Of a stretch of 64,000 bases of DNA, positions 48,239 to 57,507 are shown piece after piece (within the stretch, counting starts at the first letter, position 1; each line of letters starts with the position of its first letter). The stretch comes from a virus (Duplodnaviria; Caudoviricetes), in the IMG/VR virus record IMGVR_UViG_3300027804_002812, positions 160,001-224,000 of that record; one strand, 5' to 3'. The notes beneath the pieces were generated by a model. The model did no database searches, was not told where the DNA came from, and was given only the letters and a program-made list of their open reading frames with translations. Both the position numbers and the translations under genes were made by a program.

Positions 48239-49481
48239 TTGATTTACTAATTATTTTCTTTAATGATTCTGAATCAACAACTCCAGTTTCTTTGAGTTTG
48301 TTTTGACTTTGAAATAGTAATACCGCATCGAATGTGTTATCTCCAAAATCTCCATCAATACTTTTTTTATTATCATCATATCCTTTCAAAGTATCTCCTA
48401 AATCTAAATTTTCTAACATCTCTTGGATTTTTCTGACTGATTCTCCCTTTTGCCCTTTTCTTATGACATAAGGTTCACCAGTGATGGGGTCTATTTGTTT
48501 TGATAAAACAATTTCAAATGAAGGAGATGTAGTTTTATTTTCATTTTGATTTATTAATTCTTCTTCTGACTTTGTGATATCTGATTTATATTCAGGATCA
48601 ATTTCTATTAACCTTTTTGGATCCTTTGATATTTGCTCGAAATTATAATTAAGGTACTCTTCAGCTTGTTTTTCTACGCTCTCCTGATTAGTAAGAACTT
48701 TAAGTAACCTAACTAATGTCTGAAATCCAGAATTAAAACGTAATTTCATTTTTTCTTTATCTGTTCCGTAAAGAGCTAAATATATTTCATCCCATGTATA
48801 ATATATTCCTGAAAGTAATGCGAAAGGCTTTCCGATTGCCCAACTTGTTTTAGATAATAATAACACTGTACCAAACAATTTTTTTCCTCCAGTTTTTATT
48901 ATATTTGATAATATTCTTGTAGTGTAATACTTTTGTGTAAGTTTTGCGATTTCATCAGCCTTTTCAGTAAGTGATTTTATCAAAGTATCGGCTTCTTTTA
49001 TAATGGCCTTTTCAGTGGTATCTAATACCTTTTTACCTGAAAGAGACTTTGCTTTTTTGAGCAAATCAATTGCATATTGTTTTCCTTTTTTAAGTACGCC
49101 TGTAGCCCCTGGTGCAATACGAATCCATTCTCCCAAAGGAATCAAACAAAAAGACAAAATTAATCCACCCATATACGGGTCATTTTCTTTGAAATATAGC
49201 GCAGCATCGGCGTGACACGCCACTAATGACGCTCCCAAAAGAAATGGCGCCGCAGGTGTCGGAAACATACCCAAAAGACCTGTGGTAATATCAACAAAAG
49301 TTAACCAATCATGTTCATTGAAACTTTTGAACCAATTAAAAGTTTTGAGGAGTCCACCCATACCCCCTATTGGTGTGAGTAAATTCCCAACACTTATTTG
49401 TTCATTGACCGCATAAACTCCCATCAAACTTTGAATTCGTTCGATTTCAATTTCATAAAGATATTTACCCTCTTGTACCAC
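48225..49481 (-). CDS. Protein with TM helices and C-terminal peptidoglycan-binding domain
   Basis: IRKGQKGESVRKIQ...IDGDFGDNT..AV..FQ...TGVVD. Confidence 0.8.
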   Translation of the reverse strand: MVQEGKYLYEIEIERIQSLMGVYAVNEQISVGNLLTPIGGMGGLLKTFNWFKSFNEHDWLTFVDITTGLLGMFPTPAAPFLLGASLVACHADAALYFKENDPYMGGLILSFCLIPLGEWIRIAPGATGVLKKGKQYAIDLLKKAKSLSGKKVLDTTEKAIIKEADTLIKSLTEKADEIAKLTQKYYTTRILSNIIKTGGKKLFGTVLLLSKTSWAIGKPFALLSGIYYTWDEIYLALYGTDKEKMKLRFNSGFQTLVRLLKVLTNQESVEKQAEEYLNYNFEQISKDPKRLIEIDPEYKSDITKSEEELINQNENKTTSPSFEIVLSKQIDPITGEPYVIRKGQKGESVRKIQEMLENLDLGDTLKGYDDNKKSIDGDFGDNTFDAVLLFQSQNKLKETGVVDSESLKKIISKSNEKK

Positions 49482-49542
49482 AAACTAATCTTTTTTATAT
49501 AAATATAATGGTAACATCAATTATTTTGTTTATCTTTGTTTC

Positions 49543-49812
49543 ATGATAAACTTCAACATTGGACAAAAAATAAAGTCCCTAACAAAAAAATCAACACACG
49601 TTATCGAGTCTATCGAAACTGTAGAAGGTAAAACTGTGATTTTCACAGAAGATGTAAAATGTTTTCCAATCGAAGACGTGGAACGGCATTATGATTCGTT
49701 TGTTTCTGAGTACTTCATAAAAATTTTCTCAGGAGGCACTCCAACAAAAGAGGAAGATGAAAAATTAAACAAAATATTTCAAGGAATGAATTTGGTAACG
49801 TTGAAAAAGTAA
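49543..49812 (+). CDS. Hypothetical protein
   Basis: TATCTTTG promoter box upstream. Confidence 0.65.
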   Translation: MINFNIGQKIKSLTKKSTHVIESIETVEGKTVIFTEDVKCFPIEDVERHYDSFVSEYFIKIFSGGTPTKEEDEKLNKIFQGMNLVTLKK

Positions 49813-49814
49813 TT

Positions 49815-52073
49815 TTACTTCTTCAAATGATTGAACCTGAAGACAATATTCTCCTCTTCAGGTTTATCTGAGAATTTCGGTCCCAAATAATTTTGAAAAT
49901 TGTTTCTCAACTTTGTCTCGATTTGTTTTTCAACCTTTTCAGGAGTTACGTTTGGTATTTCACCTTTCAAATAATTTTCAGGTGTTGGAACTTGTTTTCC
50001 GTCTACCACTTTCAAAACGTCTTGAATGTCCACGTTCACGACGTTTTTGTCGTCAATATCTTCAACGGAAGAAATTTTGAATTTGATGCTAATTTTTGGT
50101 TCCATACCATAGGACGAAGATTTTGCGGTCGAAACTTTTTGGGAAATCAATGAAGGAGCAAGTTCTCTGAATGCCTTTCGTTTAAGTTCCATCACTTTCT
50201 CGTGAGTAGCCCCTCTCTCAATCATTTCCATTTCTTGACGAGACAATAGATAAACTTGAGAGTCCAAAGTATCATTCCATCTATATGGTTGAGAAGCATA
50301 CATTTGTTTTCCTGTGGACGATGAATATCTATCTGAGGTTTCATACCACTTTCCATCTTTGAAGATATAAACTGGATACCATCCATAAGACTCGACAATA
50401 TATATCTTTCCGTCCATTGTTGTTCTCCAATATCCCCTCAAGTTTGAACCTTCAAATGGAAGTTGAGCTTTGGTATAAACTTTGGCGTTATAATTCGGAG
50501 TACGTTTACCTTTCATCTTTCTTGGATCGATAAAGTTATCCTTTGTCAATGATGAATAATCACCATCTTCTCGATAATTCAAAAGATATAATTCCAAAAT
50601 ATATGAAGCATAATCTGCGTCAATCCCAAAATAAGGTAAATAATCCTTGATTGCGGTTTGTAAGTCTCTTTTGTTGTTATAATTACTTTTTTGGGTATTA
50701 AGAATTTTGAATAGTTTGACAATCACCTTATTTGGTTCAATATCGACCGCCTCATTCATCATGTTATCATCAACGCAAGCGGTTAGATAATATTCCATCA
50801 AATCATCACCATACCAACTCTGACACAGTGCAAAAATTCTGTCAATAAATTCTTCATAACTATTCTCAGTAAAATAATCTTCGTTAACCGCAAAAAAATG
50901 TTCAATCGCCATCGCAATAATGTTACCGGAATATTCGTATTCATCATCATAGTCTCCACAAAGATCCGGAAATTCCTCCTGTGTCTCAAGAATATATTTC
51001 ATGAAGGATTCCTTAGTAACCCTCCGTTTCAATCTATCCATTAAGGATGACTCAGATAATAATTCGTGCTGTGATTCAATTACTCTTTCAAGTTGTGATT
51101 CAGTAATAATATATTCTTTTTTTAATTTTTGTTCTGTTAAATTAGATGGGTCATTCCATCCTAACTTTGGATAATTCGAACTTAAATAAAGTTGATTCGG
51201 ACTTTCCAATCCAGCAAGTAATTCTTTTTCAATGTTATTAAAATCGGTATAAGCGATTCTTATTAATTTAATATTATTTTGACTTGTGTATTGATTTTTG
51301 ATTGTATCATAATTTACTCTTTCTTTGAATCTCGTTTCTCCTCCATGTTTCGCATTTGGCTTGAAATGTGGCTCTCCATCGTATTCAACTAAAATTTCTC
51401 TGTTTTCCTTATCCTTCAAATAAAAATCAAATTTCAATCGGGTACATCTATTCGATTCTTTTCCACTTTTACAATCTGAGAATTTTTTTTCTTTTTCGAA
51501 ATCTTTATAACCCTTTTCTATTAAAATATCGTTTAATTTTTTCGCGCCAATAGACCCTTCAGCTTTTCTACATATGGGGCATCCAGTTTTGCCTTGGCGA
51601 AGATTATCTATATTGACCCCATCTTTAGCAAAAACTCCATGGGTATTACCATTTTCGTCTTTTTTTGTACAAAATACATCTTTAACATATCTTCTTATAG
51701 TGTTTCCTCTTGTTTCACGATAAAATGTACTTTGGTCAAAGTTATAACCCCTATCTTTTGGAAAATTTTTTACGTACTCATCGAAGTCCACTCTTTTAGG
51801 TCCCATGCTTAGACGACGACATTCCCTACAACCACCCTCTCCTCTATATAAATAAGAGACTTTCAAATTATTACTGACACCATGTGGATTTCCATTTTCA
51901 TCTTTGATAGGACAATATAAGTTATTCAAATATCTCTGTCCTTTCATATTCGGGCTTAATTCCCCTTTATCAAAGTAATATTCAACATTAGAAAAATCCC
52001 ATTGAGGATATAACGCTTGGAGTTCGGCGGTTACTTGTTCATCGGGTTTCTTGGCTTCAAAAATTAATTTCAT
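49815..52073 (-). CDS. Fusion: Zn-ribbon repeats plus PD-(D/E)xK/Vsr-like nuclease plus acidic phage domains
   Basis: GCRECR and GCPICR; LKFDFYL...VEYDGEPHF...D..KN.Y...IKLIRI; internal IITESQL. Confidence 0.7.
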   Translation of the reverse strand: MKLIFEAKKPDEQVTAELQALYPQWDFSNVEYYFDKGELSPNMKGQRYLNNLYCPIKDENGNPHGVSNNLKVSYLYRGEGGCRECRRLSMGPKRVDFDEYVKNFPKDRGYNFDQSTFYRETRGNTIRRYVKDVFCTKKDENGNTHGVFAKDGVNIDNLRQGKTGCPICRKAEGSIGAKKLNDILIEKGYKDFEKEKKFSDCKSGKESNRCTRLKFDFYLKDKENREILVEYDGEPHFKPNAKHGGETRFKERVNYDTIKNQYTSQNNIKLIRIAYTDFNNIEKELLAGLESPNQLYLSSNYPKLGWNDPSNLTEQKLKKEYIITESQLERVIESQHELLSESSLMDRLKRRVTKESFMKYILETQEEFPDLCGDYDDEYEYSGNIIAMAIEHFFAVNEDYFTENSYEEFIDRIFALCQSWYGDDLMEYYLTACVDDNMMNEAVDIEPNKVIVKLFKILNTQKSNYNNKRDLQTAIKDYLPYFGIDADYASYILELYLLNYREDGDYSSLTKDNFIDPRKMKGKRTPNYNAKVYTKAQLPFEGSNLRGYWRTTMDGKIYIVESYGWYPVYIFKDGKWYETSDRYSSSTGKQMYASQPYRWNDTLDSQVYLLSRQEMEMIERGATHEKVMELKRKAFRELAPSLISQKVSTAKSSSYGMEPKISIKFKISSVEDIDDKNVVNVDIQDVLKVVDGKQVPTPENYLKGEIPNVTPEKVEKQIETKLRNNFQNYLGPKFSDKPEEENIVFRFNHLKK

Positions 52074-52126
52074 ATTCATAAATACCCCAAAAAAACAAAA
52101 TCCCTTCAAAATTGTGGGATTATATA

Positions 52127-52483
52127 TTAGTTGTTAGGAAATTCGGTTGAAATTTTACCATTTTCATAGAAAGTGTAATTTTTAAGTAAATTGTGTTCTT
52201 TATACCACCATTTCAACTTTCCAACAAAAGTACCATTATATTTTTCGGAAATGTCTATTACTTTATTCATCACCTCTTCATCGCATTGATAATTCCAGTC
52301 TTGAAGGTTTCTCCCTGAAAATATAACTTGGCCATTTTCCAATTCAGGGGTCAATAAAGCTTTCCGAAGAACAATACATTCATATGTTTGTTCATCTAAC
52401 TCTCGATAAATGTTTTCCAACAATTTTGACTTGTCCCCTGATACAAATTCCAAATTGATGGCATAGTTAAAAATTCCTGTCAT
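52127..52483 (-). CDS. Hypothetical protein
   Basis: 118-aa ORF. Confidence 0.6.
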   Translation of the reverse strand: MTGIFNYAINLEFVSGDKSKLLENIYRELDEQTYECIVLRKALLTPELENGQVIFSGRNLQDWNYQCDEEVMNKVIDISEKYNGTFVGKLKWWYKEHNLLKNYTFYENGKISTEFPNN

Positions 52484-52533
52484 ATTTTTTTTTATTGAAT
52501 ATAAATAGTATCTTTACCTTAAGAAGCATAATT

Positions 52534-53190
52534 ATGAACCCTCGTCTCAAAAATATCATCAAGAATAAACTTTCCGAAGATTTGTCTTCGGTGAGCATTA
52601 TCAATTATAATGGTTCTATTTGGTTTATTGATCCCAAATCCAAATATTGGTACCTTGAACTTTACAAAAAAACTAAAACACTATGGTGGAGATTAGATTT
52701 TTTTGAAGAGTTCTTTATATTGTTCAGCATGGAACAACGTGAGTTTGTGCCAATAATTATTGAGTGGGTGGAAGAGGTATTGAATTCAAGGGTTTATATA
52801 ACAAAAGTGTGGAGGGGTATTGACAGCAACGGGGTGGAAGAGGTATTGAATGGTGAGGTTGTTTCAACTGATGGTCCAGGTGCTGCGAGTACCCGTAGGG
52901 TGGAAGAGGTATTGGATGGTAAGATTCTTTCAACATTAGGTGACCTTCCTCCATCCCAAGTGATGGTGGAAAAGGTATTGAATGGTGAGGTTGTTTCAAC
53001 ACGCCGTCAAAAATTGAGACAAGAAACCCAAGTGGAAGAAATATTGAATGCTGAAGGAGTTTCTGCCGACAGCCAAATTTTTGTTCAAGAAGCAATCGTT
53101 CAGGCGTTAATGAAAAATGTGATTGAGACCACAACTCCTGACTCCAATTCCGATTATTCCCGTGTAGAAGATGCTTTGAATTCAATATAA
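52534..53190 (+). CDS. Hypothetical protein with 22-aa constant/variable repeat array
   Basis: N-terminal domain shared with 44230-44697, followed by VEEVLN repeats. Confidence 0.8.
   Translation: MNPRLKNIIKNKLSEDLSSVSIINYNGSIWFIDPKSKYWYLELYKKTKTLWWRLDFFEEFFILFSMEQREFVPIIIEWVEEVLNSRVYITKVWRGIDSNGVEEVLNGEVVSTDGPGAASTRRVEEVLDGKILSTLGDLPPSQVMVEKVLNGEVVSTRRQKLRQETQVEEILNAEGVSADSQIFVQEAIVQALMKNVIETTTPDSNSDYSRVEDALNSI
52768..53187 (+). repeat. 66-bp period array (36-bp repeat plus 30-bp unique spacer), in frame
   Basis: Repeat starts at 52768, 52834, 52900, 52966, 53032, 53098 and 53164. Confidence 0.88.
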
Positions 53191-53251
53191 TTCATTTACA
53201 TCTCCATACGTTTATTATGGAGGTTTGATTTTTTTTTGTTATATTTTTTAT

Positions 53252-53635
53252 ATGGAAAAACCTAAAGTTCATAATGTAACGGAATGCCCCTCATGCAAAA
53301 TACCGAAAGGATGGGGTGAAGAAATCATTATCACAAATAATGAATTATATTGTGGTAAATTATTGTGTTTCAAGGAAGGTGCGAAATTCTCAATGCACTA
53401 CCACATGATTAAAGATGAAACTTGGTATGTTGATGAAGGTCAATTCATTTATAGATGGATTGATACAGAAACTGCACAAGTTAATGAACAAATCCTCAAT
53501 GTCGGAGATGTCGTAAGACAACGACCAGGACAACCACATCAACTCGAAGCTCTAACCAAAGGTGTGGTCTTTGAAGTATCAACAGAACATTTTGATTCTG
53601 ATTCATATAGAATATGGAAGGGGGATACGCTATGA
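53252..53635 (+). CDS. Cupin sugar isomerase-like protein
   Basis: PKGWGEE, SMHYH..KDETWYV, GQPHQL. Confidence 0.8.
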   Translation: MEKPKVHNVTECPSCKIPKGWGEEIIITNNELYCGKLLCFKEGAKFSMHYHMIKDETWYVDEGQFIYRWIDTETAQVNEQILNVGDVVRQRPGQPHQLEALTKGVVFEVSTEHFDSDSYRIWKGDTL

Positions 53636-54033
53636 AGATTTGGTTAAATGGTTGTTTTGATATCCTACATCACGGACACTTCAAATTAATACAACACGCC
53701 GCATCATTCGGTGGTCAAGTCATAATCGGAATTGATTCTGATGAACGAGTAAAAAAACTGAAAGGAGAAGGAAGACCATTCCATTCTGAAAGTGAAAGAT
53801 CATTTAATCTTAAACAAATCAAAGGTGTTGATACCGTAGTGGTGTTCGATTCTGATGAAAAATTAAGAGAACTTCTTGAACGATATAAACCTGATAAATT
53901 TTTTATTGGATCAGATTATCTTGGTAAAGAAATAATCGGGCAAGAATTTGCAAAGCAAGTTGTAATCTTCAATAGATTAGATAAATTTTCTACCACCGAC
54001 ATATTAAATTATGCAAATAACAATAATAGGTGA
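53632..54033 (+). CDS. Heptose-1-phosphate nucleotidyltransferase-like (RfaE domain II/HldC)
   Basis: NGCFDILHHGH, SDERVKKLKGEGRP, IGSDY, FSTT. Confidence 0.85.
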   Translation: MKIWLNGCFDILHHGHFKLIQHAASFGGQVIIGIDSDERVKKLKGEGRPFHSESERSFNLKQIKGVDTVVVFDSDEKLRELLERYKPDKFFIGSDYLGKEIIGQEFAKQVVIFNRLDKFSTTDILNYANNNNR

Positions 54034-54754
54034 ATTATGTCATGATGTGTTCATCTATGGTGATGTAAAACGTTTATGTCCCGAAGCTCCTGTTCCAGTT
54101 CTCACAGACATTGTAACAGAGTCGAATTTGGGAATGGCAGGAAACGTAAGAGAAAACCTATGGGCACACAATCCCTCATTAAAAATATCGATAATCAATC
54201 AAACCAATTCAATTAAGAAAACAAGATACATCGATGAGAAAACAAACCATATGTTTCTCCGAGTCGACGAAGGTGAAGATAATATCGATTCATTAGTACT
54301 TACTCCAGAAAAAATTGAAGATATTTCAGAATCCGATTTGGTAATTGTTAGTGATTATAACAAAGGATTCTTAAGTGAAGAAACCCTGATTCAAATTGGT
54401 AAATTATCAAAACTATCCGTAATCGATACCAAAAAAATAATCACGGAAGACCTTATCAACTCATTCACATTCATAAAACTAAATGAACATGAATATCAAA
54501 GAAATAAAAATATTTCTGATAAGAATAAAGATAAGTTTATAATTACATTAGGAATGAACGGAGCAAAACATAACGACATTGTATTTCCATCACCGTCTCC
54601 AAAACAAACCATAGACGTGAGTGGAGCTGGAGATACATTCACAGCATTTTTTAGTTTGAAATATTCTGAAACAAAAAATATTTCAGAATCAATAACATTT
54701 GCAAATCAGATGGCATCAATTGTAGTATCCAAAAGGGGAGTTGCAACACCTTAA
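54011..54754 (+). CDS. Heptose-7-phosphate kinase-like PfkB enzyme (RfaE domain I/HldA)
   Basis: RLCPEAPVPV, GMAGNV, SDYNKG, DVSGAGDT. Confidence 0.88.
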   Translation: MQITIIGELCHDVFIYGDVKRLCPEAPVPVLTDIVTESNLGMAGNVRENLWAHNPSLKISIINQTNSIKKTRYIDEKTNHMFLRVDEGEDNIDSLVLTPEKIEDISESDLVIVSDYNKGFLSEETLIQIGKLSKLSVIDTKKIITEDLINSFTFIKLNEHEYQRNKNISDKNKDKFIITLGMNGAKHNDIVFPSPSPKQTIDVSGAGDTFTAFFSLKYSETKNISESITFANQMASIVVSKRGVATP

Positions 54755-54766
54755 ATAAAAACACTT

Positions 54767-55720
54767 ATGAGAAAATATTTTTATTATCCACATACACAAG
54801 AAAATAGAATTACAGAGGATTCCAAACTTTTAATTGGGATTGGTGATAGTTTTTGTGCAGGACGAGGAGCATGTTCCATAGAGATATGGGAAAAATATGG
54901 CTGGGACATGGAAAGAATGTATGGTGAAGGTGGAGCGGAAGTGGAGGAATCAAACTACGCAAACTCTTGGGTAAATCAACTGTGTAAAAATCATATGCCA
55001 GATTGGACACCATTGAATTTAGGAATGTCAGGTAAAGGGAATCGATACGCAATAAAAGAATTGATGGTTAATCCACTTTTAGGTATTGAAAAGGCAAAAG
55101 AGAAAATTGTAGTTTTTGCGGTTTCAGGATTCGAAAGATTTGACTTGGCAAAAGATTTAGTTGGCGAAGAACATTTTACAACACAATGGCCTGTCTATGG
55201 TGGTTACAAAGAAAAAAAGTTAGGGTATTCAGAATTAACTTTAGAAAATGGTGATTCTCTTTATTCTGAAAAATTTGTAATAAGTGAATTTATTTTGAAC
55301 ATTATTGAATTGATGAATTGGTGTAAACTACACAATGCAAAACTATTGTTAATGAGTGCGTTTACACCAGAATTTAATAAAAATCATTTTATCGATGTAT
55401 TATCTCCAAATGTAACATCAGTTTTAGGTCAAATGAAATTAGATGAATTAATATGGTCTGTTCCATGGGAAAGAATAATTCGACCACTTGGTTTTAGTTG
55501 TATCACTGACATGTTGATGCATTTAGAAGGGTGGGATAAGGATTTACCTGGATACGGTTTTAGAAATGTGAAAATTGACACTATCGGGCCAAATGGTTAC
55601 ATGACCAAATGTCAACATCCAAGTGAAAAAGGTCACAAACTTTTAGCAGAAATTATTTACGAACACATTTTGAAGTATGACGAAATATCTCCGAATGTTA
55701 AAAAAACAAGAATGATTTAA
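54767..55720 (+). CDS. SGNH/GDSL-like protein
   Basis: IGDSF, GKGN and QHPSEKGH motifs. Confidence 0.7.
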   Translation: MRKYFYYPHTQENRITEDSKLLIGIGDSFCAGRGACSIEIWEKYGWDMERMYGEGGAEVEESNYANSWVNQLCKNHMPDWTPLNLGMSGKGNRYAIKELMVNPLLGIEKAKEKIVVFAVSGFERFDLAKDLVGEEHFTTQWPVYGGYKEKKLGYSELTLENGDSLYSEKFVISEFILNIIELMNWCKLHNAKLLLMSAFTPEFNKNHFIDVLSPNVTSVLGQMKLDELIWSVPWERIIRPLGFSCITDMLMHLEGWDKDLPGYGFRNVKIDTIGPNGYMTKCQHPSEKGHKLLAEIIYEHILKYDEISPNVKKTRMI

Positions 55721-55723
55721 TTA

Positions 55724-56053
55724 TTAAAGACTAAAACTTTCACCACAACCACAGGTTCTTGTTGCGTTTGGGTTCTTCCATTCAAACCCTTTACCATTCA
55801 GACCATCTCCATAATCCAACTCGGTTCCTGCCAAGTATAAGAGAGATAATTTATTAATACAGACCTTAATAGAATCGAGGTCAACGATTGTATCACTTGG
55901 TTCCTCCTTATCATCAAATTTCATTTGATAAGATAATCCACTACATCCTCCTCCAATTACTCCGACTCTTAACTTATGAGTTTCAGGGGATATACCCTCA
56001 TTCTCCATTAAAATTAAAAGTTGATTTTTTGCTCGTTCAGAAACAGTTACCAT
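55724..56053 (-). CDS. iscA: A-type Fe-S cluster carrier (HesB/IscA)
   Basis: GGGCSGLSY, LAGTELDY, NPNATRTCGCGESF. Confidence 0.93.
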   Translation of the reverse strand: MVTVSERAKNQLLILMENEGISPETHKLRVGVIGGGCSGLSYQMKFDDKEEPSDTIVDLDSIKVCINKLSLLYLAGTELDYGDGLNGKGFEWKNPNATRTCGCGESFSL

Positions 56054-56078
56054 TTTAATAGTTTTTACGATGAATATA

Positions 56079-56381
56079 TTAAAGAATACTTAATTCGGCA
56101 ACTTCTACGCCAGTTAAATCATATAAAAGTTTTCTTATTATTTTTTGGACTTCTTTGTCACTGAGTAAAAATAAGTTCATAATTGAACCGAAAATATTTC
56201 CATCAATACTGAAATAATACGCGTTCATTTCAGGTGAATAGGATAACAGTGCAGTTTCATATCCATTTTTAACAAAAATCTCCAATGTTGGAATTTCGGA
56301 CTTTTTCAACTCCCCTAATTCGTCGAGTAAGTATTTCGTTGCAATTGTCTGTAATCTTGATTGGTTAATTTGATATTTCAT
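56079..56381 (-). CDS. Hypothetical protein
   Basis: Resembles 56365-56709. Confidence 0.65.
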   Translation of the reverse strand: MKYQINQSRLQTIATKYLLDELGELKKSEIPTLEIFVKNGYETALLSYSPEMNAYYFSIDGNIFGSIMNLFLLSDKEVQKIIRKLLYDLTGVEVAELSIL

Positions 56382-56709
56382 CTAAATCGATATGATTAAA
56401 GCTTCCAAAATAAATTTTTGTCGGTGGTTCGATACCAAGGTAGTTAGAGAACCATTTTCTAATTGACTCTTTTTTTTGTTCATAGTCAAGTGAAAACATA
56501 TTTTCTAATGGATCCGAAATTTTTGCTCTGTCAAAGACTATTTTATCTTCAGGTTTTGACCACATAAAAACTATTTCCCCATCTTTCAAATAAAAATCCC
56601 AGTTTTTATATAATTTTCCACCTGAAAACGAATCCAAATTGTTATAGGTATCATTCAAAAAATATGCTCCCAAGTCAATCAGTCTCGATTCTGTAATTAT
56701 TACCTTCAT
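56365..56709 (-). CDS. Hypothetical phage protein (ITESRL motif)
   Basis: MKVIITESRL...FSLDYEQ..ESIRKWF. Confidence 0.7.
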   Translation of the reverse strand: MKVIITESRLIDLGAYFLNDTYNNLDSFSGGKLYKNWDFYLKDGEIVFMWSKPEDKIVFDRAKISDPLENMFSLDYEQKKESIRKWFSNYLGIEPPTKIYFGSFNHIDLDEISN

Positions 56710-56721
56710 GAATAATAAATA

Positions 56722-57507
56722 TCAAAACAAATCCGATTCCAATTTTTTAATGATTGAATTGGCAACTATACGATGACATTTCAAAGATGGATGAAAATCT
56801 TTGGGAGGTTCTTCAAAATTATCAGTGTCATTAATTATCATTAGTTTTTTATCAAATGCAAAAAGGTCACCAAAGTTTTTGAAGGTAGTTCCATTATATT
56901 CAATATCAATAAATCTACTTTTGATAAACTCATCATTTTTTATTAAATCAAAATAATCATCGGTAATTGCCAGCATATAACATTTGATACCTTTGTCTTC
57001 GAGAAAAAGGAACAAATCCCTTATTTTATTATAGTATGTTATTTTCAATTCTTTCCAAAACTCTTTAACATTTGGAGAAATGTTGGGATAATTTTTCCAT
57101 ACTTTCGCCAAATCTCCAATCCATATTTCTTTACCGTCCTTAATCAAAGAACATCTATCCAAATAACTTGTCTGAAAAACAAGATGAGAAATTTCACTAA
57201 AATCTAAATCTACTTTCGCCCATTTTGGTTCCCACGTATTGAATCTTAGTAATTCAGGAACAAATTCTAAATTCAATTTATCAGATCCAGAAGTAAAATC
57301 TCTAATAACCTCGGGAGTCCCAAAATATTTACTCACTAATCTTGGGAATCGGTTTTTTCTCATAAAATCCAAACTCACAGGAAACTCTTTTGGGGACACC
57401 CATACATCATCTTTTGACATCCCTTCTTCTTTGGTATATTGCCATAATCCATGTCCGTACGTAAATGAACATCCTGCAAAAATTATACGTTTCATTTTAT
57501 AGTCCAT
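56722..57507 (-). CDS. SGNH/GDSL-like protein
   Basis: AGCSF and DFHPSLKCH motifs. Confidence 0.68.
   Translation of the reverse strand: MDYKMKRIIFAGCSFTYGHGLWQYTKEEGMSKDDVWVSPKEFPVSLDFMRKNRFPRLVSKYFGTPEVIRDFTSGSDKLNLEFVPELLRFNTWEPKWAKVDLDFSEISHLVFQTSYLDRCSLIKDGKEIWIGDLAKVWKNYPNISPNVKEFWKELKITYYNKIRDLFLFLEDKGIKCYMLAITDDYFDLIKNDEFIKSRFIDIEYNGTTFKNFGDLFAFDKKLMIINDTDNFEEPPKDFHPSLKCHRIVANSIIKKLESDLF

Noticed and set aside
52757-53185. Antisense 142-aa ORF over the array
   Set aside because: A by-product of the repeat; the plus-strand ORF has the homologous N-terminal domain.
52768-53187. Calling the 66-bp array a bona fide CRISPR
   Set aside because: It lies in frame in an intact ORF, the repeats are degenerate and non-palindromic, and no cas gene is in the window. 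Reported as a repeat and a finding instead.
52768-53187. Diversity-generating retroelement target
   Set aside because: Spacer differences are not limited to an adenine-specific pattern, and no reverse transcriptase or template repeat is seen.
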